This document shows, in pieces, positions 50,275 through 60,400 of a stretch of 64,000 bases of DNA. Both the position numbers and the translations under genes were made by a program. How positions within the stretch are numbered: position 1 is the first letter of the stretch; the number at the start of each line of letters is the position of its first letter. Origin of the DNA: an uncultured Planctomycetaceae bacterium. Lineage in GTDB: Bacteria > Planctomycetota > Planctomycetia > Isosphaerales > Isosphaeraceae. The notes beneath the pieces were generated by a model. The model searched no databases. It was given only the letters and a program-made list of their open reading frames with translations, and was not told the origin of the DNA. The stretch spans positions 288,001 to 352,000 of the forward strand of contig CAWIAD010000001.1 of assembly GCA_963833985.1 (NCBI GenBank), in the 5' to 3' direction.

Positions 50275-52436
50275 GCTGGTCGAACCTGTTCGTCATCTTT
50301 CGCCGCGAGGTCATCGACCAGGTGCGCGACCGGCGCACGCTTTTCATGGTCTTCGTCTTCCCGATCCTGCTCTACCCCATACTCGGTTATGGAATCATCC
50401 AGGTGGCCGCGGCACGCGAGAAGAAGCCCCGGCTCGTTGTAATTGTGGGTGCCGAGTACTTGCCCGCGGACCAGCCCTTGCTGAACGCGGAGCGCAACGG
50501 ATTCCAGACGCAGTTGCTCGACCCCGCGCACGACACCTCTGCGCTCATGGTCCAGGCGGAGTCGGCCCAGGGTCCCTGGGCCTCGCCCGAGCGCCGGGCC
50601 GACGCCATTCGAGACGGTACGGCCTCCGCCGTGATGATCATTCCGCCCGACCTGCCGCGGCAGTTTCGCGTCAAGAATGACGTCGAGATCCCCATCCTTT
50701 ACCGCAGTGTGGACGAGGCCAGTCAAATCACGTTCTACCGGCTCCGGGAACTGCTCGACCGCTGGAAGCGGGGAATTGTCGAGGCGCGCACGCGGCAGGA
50801 CCACTTGCCGGAGGGCTACACCCAGCCCATCCAGGTGAAGCCCCAGGACGTGGCCACCGCCCAGGAGGTGCAAGGCATTACCTGGAGCCTGATCTTCCCG
50901 TTCCTCCTCGTCCTCATGTCTCTCACCGGGGCCTTCTATCCGGCCGTGGATCTGTGCGCCGGCGAGAAGGAGCGCGGGACGATGGAGACGCTGCTCATCA
51001 GCCCGGCCACCCGCGCGGAGATCGTGCTCGGCAAGTTCTTCACCGTCATGCTTGCCAGCATGACCACGGCCGTACTGAACCTCCTGAGCATGGGTCTGAC
51101 CGGGATCGTCCTGGCGCAGAACGGCGCCAGCCTGGCCCGCGATGCCGGTCAGCGCACCGTCACCATGGCGCTGGCACCCCCCACGATGCAGTCGGCAATC
51201 TGGATGCTGCTCTTGCTGATCCCCCTGTCGGCCTTCTTCAGCGCGGTTTGCGTGGCACTCTCCGTGCTCGCTCGCAGCATGAAGGAGGGGCAGTACTACA
51301 TGACGCCCCTCTACCTCGTCTGCCTGCCCCTGATCCTCCTGACCCTGATTCCCGAAACCAAGCTCAACTTGTTCTACAGCCTGGTACCGGTCACCGGCGT
51401 GGCCCTGCTCTTGCGGTCGCTCATCATGGGCGATTATGCCACGGCCGGGCAGTATTTCGTCCCGGTGCTGGTGCCGACCATCGTCTATGCCTGGACGGCC
51501 CTGCGCTGGGCGATTGACCAGTTCCAGCGCGAGGAGGTGCTTTTCCGCGAGGCGGAACGGTTCCAGGTGGGCGTCTGGCTGAAGCACCTGGTCCGCGATC
51601 GCGCTCCCTTGCCCACAGGCGGGCAGGCGGTCCTTTGCTTCGCGCTGATCCTGTCGGCGTCGTGGTTCCTGATGGAGTACATGGCCTTTCAGGGCATCGG
51701 CGCCAGCCTGGCGGCCGTGGCTGCCGGTCAGTTCCTGATCCTCTTCCCGCCGCTGATCATGGCCGTGATGCTGACGGCCTCGCCGCGCACCACCTTGCGG
51801 CTCGCGTGGCCCGCTCCTCGCTATTTCGCGCTGGCCGTCGCCTTCCCGCTGGCGCTCAACCCGCTGGTGAACCAGCTCGGATACCTGGTGGAGCACTGGT
51901 TTCCCATCTCTTCGGTGATTCGCCAGACGCTCAGCCAGATCATGGCGGAGTCTCCCAGCCTGTGGGTCAGCGTCGGCGTCTTCGCGCTGGTACCGGCGGT
52001 CTGCGAGGAGCTGGCCTTCCGCGGCTTCATCCTTTCTGGCCTGGAACATCAGCGGCGGACCCGCTCGGCCATCCTCCTCTCGGCGCTCATGTTCGGCTTC
52101 CTGCACGTCCTGCTCAGCCTCTTCCAGCAGCTTTTCAATGCGACCCTGCTGGGAGTGGTGCTCGGCCTGCTGGCTGTCCGCAGCCGCAGCCTTCTGCCGG
52201 GCATCCTGTTCCACTTCCTGAATAACGCGCTGGCGATCACGCAAAGCCATCTGGCCGGCGCCCTGAAGCGCACTGGACTGGCGTTTTGGCTCTATCGCAA
52301 TCCGGACCAGGGTCTTTATCATGAGTTCTGGATCGCGGTCAGCTTGCTGGTCTCCACGGCCCTTTTTGTCTATCTCTGGAAGATCGATCGGCCCGGCCTG
52401 AAGGCGGATCCGCGGGAAGTGGCCCCCGCCTTCTAG
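50271..52436 (+). CDS. NatB-like ABC permease fused to a CPBP (Abi/CAAX) intramembrane protease domain
   Basis: [39 protein letters not shown]. Confidence 0.9.
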   Translation: MSWSNLFVIFRREVIDQVRDRRTLFMVFVFPILLYPILGYGIIQVAAAREKKPRLVVIVGAEYLPADQPLLNAERNGFQTQLLDPAHDTSALMVQAESAQGPWASPERRADAIRDGTASAVMIIPPDLPRQFRVKNDVEIPILYRSVDEASQITFYRLRELLDRWKRGIVEARTRQDHLPEGYTQPIQVKPQDVATAQEVQGITWSLIFPFLLVLMSLTGAFYPAVDLCAGEKERGTMETLLISPATRAEIVLGKFFTVMLASMTTAVLNLLSMGLTGIVLAQNGASLARDAGQRTVTMALAPPTMQSAIWMLLLLIPLSAFFSAVCVALSVLARSMKEGQYYMTPLYLVCLPLILLTLIPETKLNLFYSLVPVTGVALLLRSLIMGDYATAGQYFVPVLVPTIVYAWTALRWAIDQFQREEVLFREAERFQVGVWLKHLVRDRAPLPTGGQAVLCFALILSASWFLMEYMAFQGIGASLAAVAAGQFLILFPPLIMAVMLTASPRTTLRLAWPAPRYFALAVAFPLALNPLVNQLGYLVEHWFPISSVIRQTLSQIMAESPSLWVSVGVFALVPAVCEELAFRGFILSGLEHQRRTRSAILLSALMFGFLHVLLSLFQQLFNATLLGVVLGLLAVRSRSLLPGILFHFLNNALAITQSHLAGALKRTGLAFWLYRNPDQGLYHEFWIAVSLLVSTALFVYLWKIDRPGLKADPREVAPAF

Positions 52437-52558
52437 GGTGCTCGACCGCCGCGAGGCCCCGCCCGCGAATCCTGGCTCCCGGCATCTTCCCCAGCGCGTG
52501 GCCATCGGGCGGGTCAGCCACGTGCCGGTCGCGCGGCGGTGGCAACAGGACCAAAGCG

Positions 52559-53857
52559 ATGCGACGAGACTCCCTGGTCATCCAGGCGCGGTACGTTTTT
52601 CCCGTGGAAGGCCCGCCCATCGAGGACGGTGTCGTGGCCATTCAGGGGGGCCGCATCGGCTGGGTGGGCCCGGCCAGCGAGCGCCCGGGCGACCTGGACC
52701 TGGGCAACGTGGCGATTGTTCCCGGTTTCGTGAACGCGCACACGCACCTGGAGCTGGCGGCCCTGAACGAGGCCCCGAACGGTGGTTTCGAGGAGCAGAG
52801 TCCGGACGCTCTGACCGGCCCGCACACGGAGAACGAGGTCGCCTGGCTGCGCAAGGTGGTTGATCAACGCCGTGACGCCTCCGTGGCGACATACCGGGTT
52901 GCCGTGGGCCGGAACTTGCAGGCGAGCATCGCGGCCGGTACGACCCTGCTCGCGGACATCACGACCGCGGGCCTGAGCTGGAACCAGGTTGCGGCCAGCA
53001 CGCTCAGGGCCGTGGTCTTCGCGGAGGTGATCGGACTGAAGCGCTACCGCGCCCTCCAGAGCAGCGACGCGGCATGGGACTGGCTGGCCACGGTCCGTCC
53101 GGAGAACCAGGTCGCCGCCTGTGCCCGCCCCGGCCTGAGCCCGCACGCGCCCTACAGCACCTCGGACTTGCTGTACCACCGGGCGGCGGGAAGCCGGCTG
53201 CCCCTCTGTACCCACCTGGCCGAGATGCCCGAGGAGCTCCAGCTCCTGGAGCACCGCAACGGTCCCTTGCGGCAGTTCCTCGAAGACCTGGGCGCCTGGG
53301 ATGATGACTGGGAGCCGATCGGCCCGCGCCCCGCGGATTACGTGCGCCGGGGCGAGCTGCGCAACGCCGACTGGCTGCTCGCTCACTGCACCTATTTCGA
53401 TACGTCCGAACTCTGGCAGCTTCGTCCCGAGGCCGCGCCGGGAAACCACCGGGTGGCCGTTGCCTTCTGCCCGCGCACCCATGCCCGCTTCGGCCATGCG
53501 CCTCATCCCTACCGGACCATGCTCGAAAAAGGGGTCATCGTCTGCCTGGGCACCGACAGCCTGGCGTCGAGCCCGAGCCTGAGCATCCTGGATGAGATGC
53601 GGTTTCTGCATCGCCGCGACCCGTCACTTTCCGGCGAGCTGCTCTTGACCATGGCGACGCTCTTCGGCGCCTGGGCCCTCCGCGCGGAGACGACCACCGG
53701 CAGCCTGCGTGCCGGCAAGGCCGCCGATCTGGCCATCATCCCCTTGCCCGACCGGACCGCGGCCGACCCCTACACCCTCATCCTCGAGTCCGGCGAGCCC
53801 GTCCTGGCCACCGTCTTCGAGGGCGACTTCGTGACCGGCCCCTGGCGCGGGCTTTAG
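52559..53857 (+). CDS. Amidohydrolase, candidate aminodeoxyfutalosine deaminase
   Basis: NAHTHLE, PHAPYS, HLAE, LGTDS; near mqnA/mqnC (substrate is an inference). Confidence 0.75.
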   Translation: MRRDSLVIQARYVFPVEGPPIEDGVVAIQGGRIGWVGPASERPGDLDLGNVAIVPGFVNAHTHLELAALNEAPNGGFEEQSPDALTGPHTENEVAWLRKVVDQRRDASVATYRVAVGRNLQASIAAGTTLLADITTAGLSWNQVAASTLRAVVFAEVIGLKRYRALQSSDAAWDWLATVRPENQVAACARPGLSPHAPYSTSDLLYHRAAGSRLPLCTHLAEMPEELQLLEHRNGPLRQFLEDLGAWDDDWEPIGPRPADYVRRGELRNADWLLAHCTYFDTSELWQLRPEAAPGNHRVAVAFCPRTHARFGHAPHPYRTMLEKGVIVCLGTDSLASSPSLSILDEMRFLHRRDPSLSGELLLTMATLFGAWALRAETTTGSLRAGKAADLAIIPLPDRTAADPYTLILESGEPVLATVFEGDFVTGPWRGL

Positions 53858-54001
53858 AACCAGTACCGTTGAAATAGCGTTCACTCGAAGCGGTTAAGAG
53901 ATCGGCGTGGAGCATTCCCGGTAAGCGATGGTCCATCGCGGTCCTCGATGGGCGAATCCGGCTCGAAATTCCTGCCGGGTTGCGGACACCCTCCACACCG
54001 G

Positions 54002-56916
54002 TCACCTCCGCAGATGGGCTTTCAGGAACTTCCCGGTGTGCGAGGCCTTGCAGGCGGCGACCTGCTCCGGCGTGCCGGCCACGACCACCTCGCCCCCGCC
54101 GTGCCCACCCTCCGGGCCCAGGTCGATGACGTGGTCGGCCGTCTTGATCACGTCCATGTGGTGCTCGATCAGGATCACCGTGTGCCCGGCGTCCACCAGC
54201 CGGTTGAGCGCTTCAAGCAGCCGCTCCACGTCCGCCAGGTGCAGGCCGGTCGTCGGCTCGTCCAGGAGGTACAGGGTGTGCCGCGAGCGCTGGAGCTTGC
54301 TCAGCTCGGTGGCAATCTTGATCCGCTGTGCCTCGCCTCCGGAAAGCGTCGTCGCCGACTGGCCCAGCGTCAGGTAGCCCAGCCCCAGCTCGCTGAGGAC
54401 CTCGATCTTCTTGCCCACCACCGGCTCGTCCGCGAAGAACACGGCCCCTTCCTCGACGGACATGTTCAGCACATCATCGATCGTCTTGCCGCGCAGCGTG
54501 ACCTCCAGCGTCTCGCTGTTGAACCTCGCTCCCTTGCACGTGCCGCAGGTCACCTCGACGTCGGGCATGAAGTAGAGCTGCGTGGTGATGACGCCTTCTC
54601 CCTGGCACTCCTCGCAACGGCCGCCCTTGACATTGAAGCTGAACCGGCCGGCCTTGTAGCCGCGCTCCCGCGACACCGGCGCCCGGGTGAAGAGCTCGCG
54701 AATCGCGTCGTAGAAGCCGATGTACGTGGCCGGGTTTGACCGGCTGTTCCGGCCGATCGGCGTCTGATCGATGTTCACGATCTTGTGCACGTGCTCCAGC
54801 CCGTCGATATTCTGGTGCGCGCCGGGGAGCGTGCGGGTATCGACGAGCCGCTTCCAGAGAGCTTTATAAAGGACGTCGTTGACCAGGGTGCTCTTGCCCG
54901 AGCCGGAGGCGCCTGTCACCGCCACAAGCAGGCCCAGGGGGAATCTGACGTCCACCGCCTTGAGGTTGTTCTCCCGCGCCCGCGCACCGTGAGCGCCTTG
55001 CCGTTGCCGCCCCGGCGCTGTTTTGGCGTGGTGATCGATCGCTTGCCGGAGAGGAATTGCCCGGTGAGCGACCGGGGACACGCCAGTACGTCGGCGAGTG
55101 CTCCTTGCACGACCACCGTCCCGCCGTGCACACCGGGTCCGGGCCCCATCTCGATGAGGTGGTCGGCCGCTCGGATGGTGTCCTCATCGTGTTCCACGAC
55201 GACCACCGTGTTGCCGATGTCGCGCAGGCTCTCCAGCGTGGCGATCATCTTCACGTTGTCCTTGGGGTGCAGGCCGATGCTTGGCTCGTCTAGCACGTAG
55301 AGCATTCCCATCAGCCCCGACCCGATCTGCGTGGACAGGCGGATGCGCTGCGATTCGCCGCCGGACAGCGTTCCGGACCGGCGGTTCAGGTTCAGGTAGT
55401 CAAGTCCGATGCCCAGCAGCAGCTCGAGCCGCCCGCGAATCTCCTTGAGCACCTGCCGACCGGCATCGGCACCTCGGCCGGCAGGCTGGACCGTCCCCAG
55501 GAAGGCATGCAGCTCGTCGAAGTTGAGCTGGCCCACCTCGTGGATGGACTTGCCGGAGACGGTGAAGCAGAGCCGCGTCGCGCGCAGCCGCGCTCCCTGG
55601 CAGTCGGGGCAGATATGCTCGACCATCACGCTGCCCAGCCAGGCTTCCATCCCCGAGTTCGCCTCGCCGCGCTGACGGTAGCGGCGATAGTGCCGTTCGA
55701 TCCGCCGCGCGATCCCGCCGAAGCCCACCTCCTTTCCCTCGTCGTCCTTGCGGGCGGCCTTGGCCTCCGGCGGCGAGACGAGCACGAGCTTGCGGTCGAG
55801 CCCGTTCAGGATGGCCTGGCGAGCCGTTTCAGGAAGCTGCTCCCACGGCGTATCGAGTGAGAACCCGAGCGTCCTGGACAGGCTGAACATCATCCGGCCG
55901 TCCCACGTGTCCGGGTTGTATTTGAACGCCTCGCGCACGAAGCAGCCGCCTCGGATGCTGCGCCGGGGATCCGGCACCAGCAGCTCGGGGTGCGTCACCT
56001 TGTACACCCCCAACCCACCACAGGTACGGCACGCACTTTCCGGGTTGTTGAACATGAAGTAATCCGGCTCGATATCCCCGTACACGAAACGGTGAGTCGT
56101 GCTGCATAGTTCGCGGTAGAATCGCTCGCTTTCGGCCTTGCCGGCGCCTTGGAGCACTTCCACCTGGAGCAGGCCGTCGCCCACAAGCAGGGTCGCCGAA
56201 ATCGCGGCCTTGATCGCCTTCTCGTGCTTTGCACCCACCGCGAGCTGGTCCACCACCGCGTCCATGTGCCGTACCGCCGATCCGTCGAGCTCCACCTCCC
56301 CGGCAATGTCCACGGCCTTGCCGTCGATGATCAGCCGCCGGCAGCCTTTCTTCCGCACCTCCGTGAGCACGAAATCAAGGTCCTCGCCGTAGACCATGAA
56401 CACCGGCGCCCGGAGTGCGATCCGGGTTCCCTCCGGCAACGAGAGAATGGCCTCGAGGATCTGGCTCGACGACCTGCGGGGCGTGGTCTCGCCAGTGCGC
56501 GGGCAGCGCGGCTCGCCGATGGTCGCGAACAGCAGGTTCAGGTAGCTGGCGATATCGGTCATGGTGCCTACGGTCGACCGCGGGTTGCTGGCGATGGTCT
56601 TCTGCTCGATGGAGATGACCGGAGAGAGTCCGAAGACGAAATCGACATCCGGCTTGGCGACCTGGGCGACGAACCGCTTCGCGTAACTCGACAGTGACTC
56701 CATGTACCTGCGCTGGCCCTCGGCGTAGATCGTGTCGAACGCCAGGCTCGACTTGCCGGATCCCGAAAGGCCGGTCACCACGATGAGCTTGTCGCGTGGG
56801 ATTTCCACGCAGATGTTCTTGAGGTTGTGCACGCGCGCGCCCTGCACGGCAATGGTCGTCCGCGCCGCGGACCGTGAGCGAGTGCTGCGGTTGGTCGAGT
56901 TACGAGCGGTTGCCAT
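54002..56916 (-). CDS. uvrA: Excinuclease ABC subunit A-family protein; frameshift near 54980
   Basis: [44 protein letters not shown]; one extra G in GTGCGCGGG gives VRGARENNLK. Confidence 0.9.
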
Positions 56917-57841
56917 CCGGTTCATTCTCGAGGTGAAAGAATGCCAGCTCCTGCACGCCGGTGTTGCTCCGGCGCGTGAGCTGCACCGGCACGGAGGCTT
57001 TGCCAATCATTCCCTGGTCGGCCAGGTACTCGCACGCCAGGGAGACGCCGCCAAGATCGAAGTTGCGCCGGAAATGGTCCTCAAGGTCGGTACACGACCG
57101 CACCTCGGCGGCCTCGCGCAGGTGATCGAGCAGCGGCCGGAAGAGCGTCGCGGCGCGCTCGGCCAGGTAGCCGTCGACGGACGCCAGGGCCGCCTCGACG
57201 CCTTTCCGTGTCTTCCTGGCGTTGAGCAGGTCGGAGTAAATCGTTTTGAAGAACGCGGGGTTCAGCTCCATCGCCTGGGGGATCACCTCGCGATCGGCCA
57301 GGAGCCTGTTGCCGGCAACCTCGATCTGCGCAAGCGGCGTGGCGGCGTAGAGGATCCAGAGCGCCGTGTAGTTCAGGTCGCCGCGCGTGACGAGCCATTT
57401 GCGGGCCTTGTACACCGGCCCCAGCGCGTGAATGCCCGCGCGGAGGAGCTGCACTTGCGTATCGCGCTCGCCGATCTCGCTCAGGCGGGCGTACAGCTCG
57501 GCGATGGTCTCATCGTGTGAGAAGAGCAGCGTTCCCCTGGCCAGGAACGAATGCATGAACGAGTTGCGTATCGATCCCTCGGCCGTCTTGCGGAAATGGG
57601 CCCGCGGCATGAGCAAGGCGTGCACGTTCAGGCCGCTGGCATAGAGCGCCAGGTTGCTCGGCTCGGTCCTCTTGTCGTCGATGGTGACGAGCACCAGGTC
57701 GATATCGGACCCGGCCCACACCCTGTCGTGCGCCAGGCTGCCGCAGAGGAGCGCTGCCAGGATCGAGCGATCCTCCTTGACCAGCTGGATCAGCTCATCG
57801 AGCGCCCGGCGGAACCTTTCCTCGACTTGCACCTGCATCAT
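56900..57841 (-). CDS. Pol-beta-superfamily nucleotidyltransferase domain protein with possible C-terminal wHTH
   Basis: [22 protein letters not shown] (GS..DxD); overlaps the uvrA start by 17 nt. Confidence 0.75.
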   Translation of the reverse strand: MMQVQVEERFRRALDELIQLVKEDRSILAALLCGSLAHDRVWAGSDIDLVLVTIDDKRTEPSNLALYASGLNVHALLMPRAHFRKTAEGSIRNSFMHSFLARGTLLFSHDETIAELYARLSEIGERDTQVQLLRAGIHALGPVYKARKWLVTRGDLNYTALWILYAATPLAQIEVAGNRLLADREVIPQAMELNPAFFKTIYSDLLNARKTRKGVEAALASVDGYLAERAATLFRPLLDHLREAAEVRSCTDLEDHFRRNFDLGGVSLACEYLADQGMIGKASVPVQLTRRSNTGVQELAFFHLENEPDGNRS

Positions 57842-58045
57842 GACCGACCGCCATTGCTCCTGGCGTGACCGTCCGCGTGGAAGACTCACCCGGTTTGCCG
57901 CAATACTTTATCACGACGGCGGTGCCGACGATTGAAGAAACCTGAGACAGCGCCGCAGCTCGCGCAGCCTGGACGACGACCTCCTCTCCGGTCAGAGGGT
58001 CGACCCGAACCGCGGATGCCCGTCGTGCTCCACTGCCTGGGCATG

Positions 58046-58152
58046 CGGTGCGTCGTCGCTGCGCTGGACCTACTGCTGTCGACACCGGATTGCTCGCCCT
58101 GCCAGGGGGTAACCAAATCGTAGGGTGCGTCCAGCGCAGCGACGACGCACCG
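58046..58152. repeat. Inverted pair of GTAG-type REP-like elements
   Basis: 24-bp perfect IR CGGTGCGTCGTCGCTGCGCTGGAC / GTCCAGCGCAGCGACGACGCACCG with CTAC/GTAG ends. Confidence 0.7.
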
Positions 58153-58453
58153 GGAAGACCACCATGGCCCAGTGGGGGCCTCCCACACACGAGCATCTCG
58201 AACCGTGCGTGGCCCCGTCGCCCGCTCCCTTCGCCCGCTCCCCGCTTCGCCCGCCCCTTTGCTCCACCTTCGCCCCGTAGTCGGGTTCACGCGATGAGTC
58301 GGCGCCCGTGAGCCGCACGGGTGACAGGGATCGGCGCGCGTTTGACGATCGCAGGTCTGCTGTTCTATGATCTGGCGAAGTTCCCGCGTCCTGGCACACG
58401 GCACGCGGACTGAAACCCGTTACGACGCTTCCGACAGGCCAGGAACCCACACG

Positions 58454-59731
58454 ATGAGCTGTAATGGACCGGTGGCGATCATCCTTGCCGCGGGGCAGGG
58501 CAAACGGATGAAGTCCACCAAGGCCAAGGTGCTGCACGAGGTCTGCGGCAGGCCCATGATTCACTACGTCGTCGAGGCGGCTCGCGGTGCGGGCGCCCGA
58601 ACGATCATCGTCGTGGTGGGCTACGCCGCCGACCAGGTCCTGGAAAGCCTCCGCGACGAGCCGGGAATCGTCTTCGTGACCCAGTCGGAGCAACTGGGAA
58701 CCGGCCACGCGGTGAAGATCTGCCGTGAAGCCCTGACGGGCTACGAGGGTCCTGCCCTGGTGCTGGTGGGGGACGAGCCGCTCTTGCGCCCCGACCCGCT
58801 GGCCGATTTGCTGGCGCGGCAGGAGCACGAAGCCGCGGCCTGCCTGCTGGGCACCGCCCGGGTACACGACGCAATGGGCTTCGGGCGCATCCTGCGTGAC
58901 TCCACCGGCCGGTTCCTGCGGATCGTCGAGGAGCGTGATTGCACCCCGGAAGAAAAGCATATCCACGAGGTGAACCCGAGCTGCTACGTCTTCCAGCTCC
59001 CCTTGCTCTGGGAAGCGCTGGATCGGATAGGCACCAGCAACGCCCAGCACGAGTATTACCTCACCGACGCTCCCGAGCGGCTCATGGCGATGGGGCACAA
59101 GGTCCAGGCCCTCAACGTGCTGCGGCCCGACGATATCCTGGGCGTCAATACCCGCCAGCACCTTGCCCAGGCCGCGCTGGTGATGCAGGCGCGCATCCAG
59201 GATCACTGGATGACCGAAGGCGTCACCATCGTCGATCCGCACAACACCTACATCGACGGCCGGGTGAACATCGGTTGCGACGCGGTGATCCATCCTTTCA
59301 CCGTGATCTCGGGAGTCGTCAAGATCGGCAACCGCTGCCAGGTCGGTCCATTCGCCCATCTTCGCGACGGCACCGTGCTGGAGGACGACGTCGAGGTCGG
59401 CGCGTTCGTCGAGGTCAGCCGCTCCCACATTGACTCCGGCACCATTGCCCGCCACCTTGCCTATCTGGGGAATGCCAGGGTGGGCCGCAACGTGAACGTG
59501 GGCGCGGGGACGATCACCGCCAACTTCGACGGCACCCGCAAACACGAGACACAGATCGGCGACGCCGCGCGAATCGGCGCGGGCGCCGTGATGGTCGCGC
59601 CGGTCAACATCGGCGCAGGAGCCGTCCTGGGCGCCGGTGCGGTGATCCCGCGCGGCAAGGACGTGCAAGCTGGCGAGACGGTCGTCGGCGTGCCCGCCCA
59701 GCCACTGCCGGCACGCACCGACCACCGATAG
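58454..59731 (+). CDS. glmU: Bifunctional UDP-GlcNAc pyrophosphorylase / GlcN-1-P acetyltransferase
   Basis: LAAGQGKRMKS, QLGTGHAV, EYYLTD, GPFAHLR, HLAYLG, GAGTITANFDG. Confidence 0.9.
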   Translation: MSCNGPVAIILAAGQGKRMKSTKAKVLHEVCGRPMIHYVVEAARGAGARTIIVVVGYAADQVLESLRDEPGIVFVTQSEQLGTGHAVKICREALTGYEGPALVLVGDEPLLRPDPLADLLARQEHEAAACLLGTARVHDAMGFGRILRDSTGRFLRIVEERDCTPEEKHIHEVNPSCYVFQLPLLWEALDRIGTSNAQHEYYLTDAPERLMAMGHKVQALNVLRPDDILGVNTRQHLAQAALVMQARIQDHWMTEGVTIVDPHNTYIDGRVNIGCDAVIHPFTVISGVVKIGNRCQVGPFAHLRDGTVLEDDVEVGAFVEVSRSHIDSGTIARHLAYLGNARVGRNVNVGAGTITANFDGTRKHETQIGDAARIGAGAVMVAPVNIGAGAVLGAGAVIPRGKDVQAGETVVGVPAQPLPARTDHR

Positions 59732-59790
59732 AGCGGCGATGACGGGATCTGGCGTCGCACCTCGGGCCTGGCTGGCGTGGAGGCGTTCCC

Positions 59791-60384
59791 GTGGAAGAAG
59801 GTCCTGAACCCCACGAATGGGTCGAAAGAGCCGCAGAGGAACACCATCACGGCCATGAGGAAGGCCACGAGGGGTCGACTGGCACCATGACTGTCTCAGC
59901 TGTCACCGCAGCCATCCTGGCCGTGGCCGCGGCCATCGGCTCGCTGCTCTCGGGGCATGCCGTCAACCAGGCCATCCTGGAGCAGACCAGGGCCACCGAC
60001 CAGTGGGCCTATTACCAGGCCAAGAGTACGAAAGGCCATGTCTACCTGGTGGCTGGAGAGATTGTCAAAGCTCTCACGCCTGGTGCGGGCCCGGGCACGG
60101 CCGCAATCGATTCACGGGGCCGGGCGATCGAGCTCTTCCAGCAGGAAGCGGAGCGCTACGACCGCGAGAAAGAAGAGATCAGGCAAGAGGCCGAGAAACT
60201 GGAAGCCGATAGCCGCCATGAATTCCACAAGCACCACCAGTTCGCGCTGGGGATCGCCTGTTTTCAGGTGGGAATCGTCCTCGCCTCGGTATCGATCCTG
60301 GTGCGCCTCCGCACCATTTACTACCTGAGCCTTCTGGCCGGAGCGGTCGGCGTGGTCTGGACGGCCTTCGGGCTCGCAGCCTGA
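59791..60384 (+). CDS. DUF4337-like membrane protein
   Basis: DQWAYYQAKSTK, FQVGIVLAS; GGAGG RBS + GTG. Confidence 0.75.
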   Translation: MEEGPEPHEWVERAAEEHHHGHEEGHEGSTGTMTVSAVTAAILAVAAAIGSLLSGHAVNQAILEQTRATDQWAYYQAKSTKGHVYLVAGEIVKALTPGAGPGTAAIDSRGRAIELFQQEAERYDREKEEIRQEAEKLEADSRHEFHKHHQFALGIACFQVGIVLASVSILVRLRTIYYLSLLAGAVGVVWTAFGLAA

Positions 60385-60400
60385 CAATGCGCAACGGAAT

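Noticed and set aside
54960..55000. Programmed frameshift or naturally split uvrA
   Set aside because: No slippery heptamer; a single missing G matches the other homopolymer indels
60321..60400. Overlap between the CHAT gene and the DUF4337 gene
   Set aside because: Artefact of the CHAT frameshift; the corrected stop is at 60401
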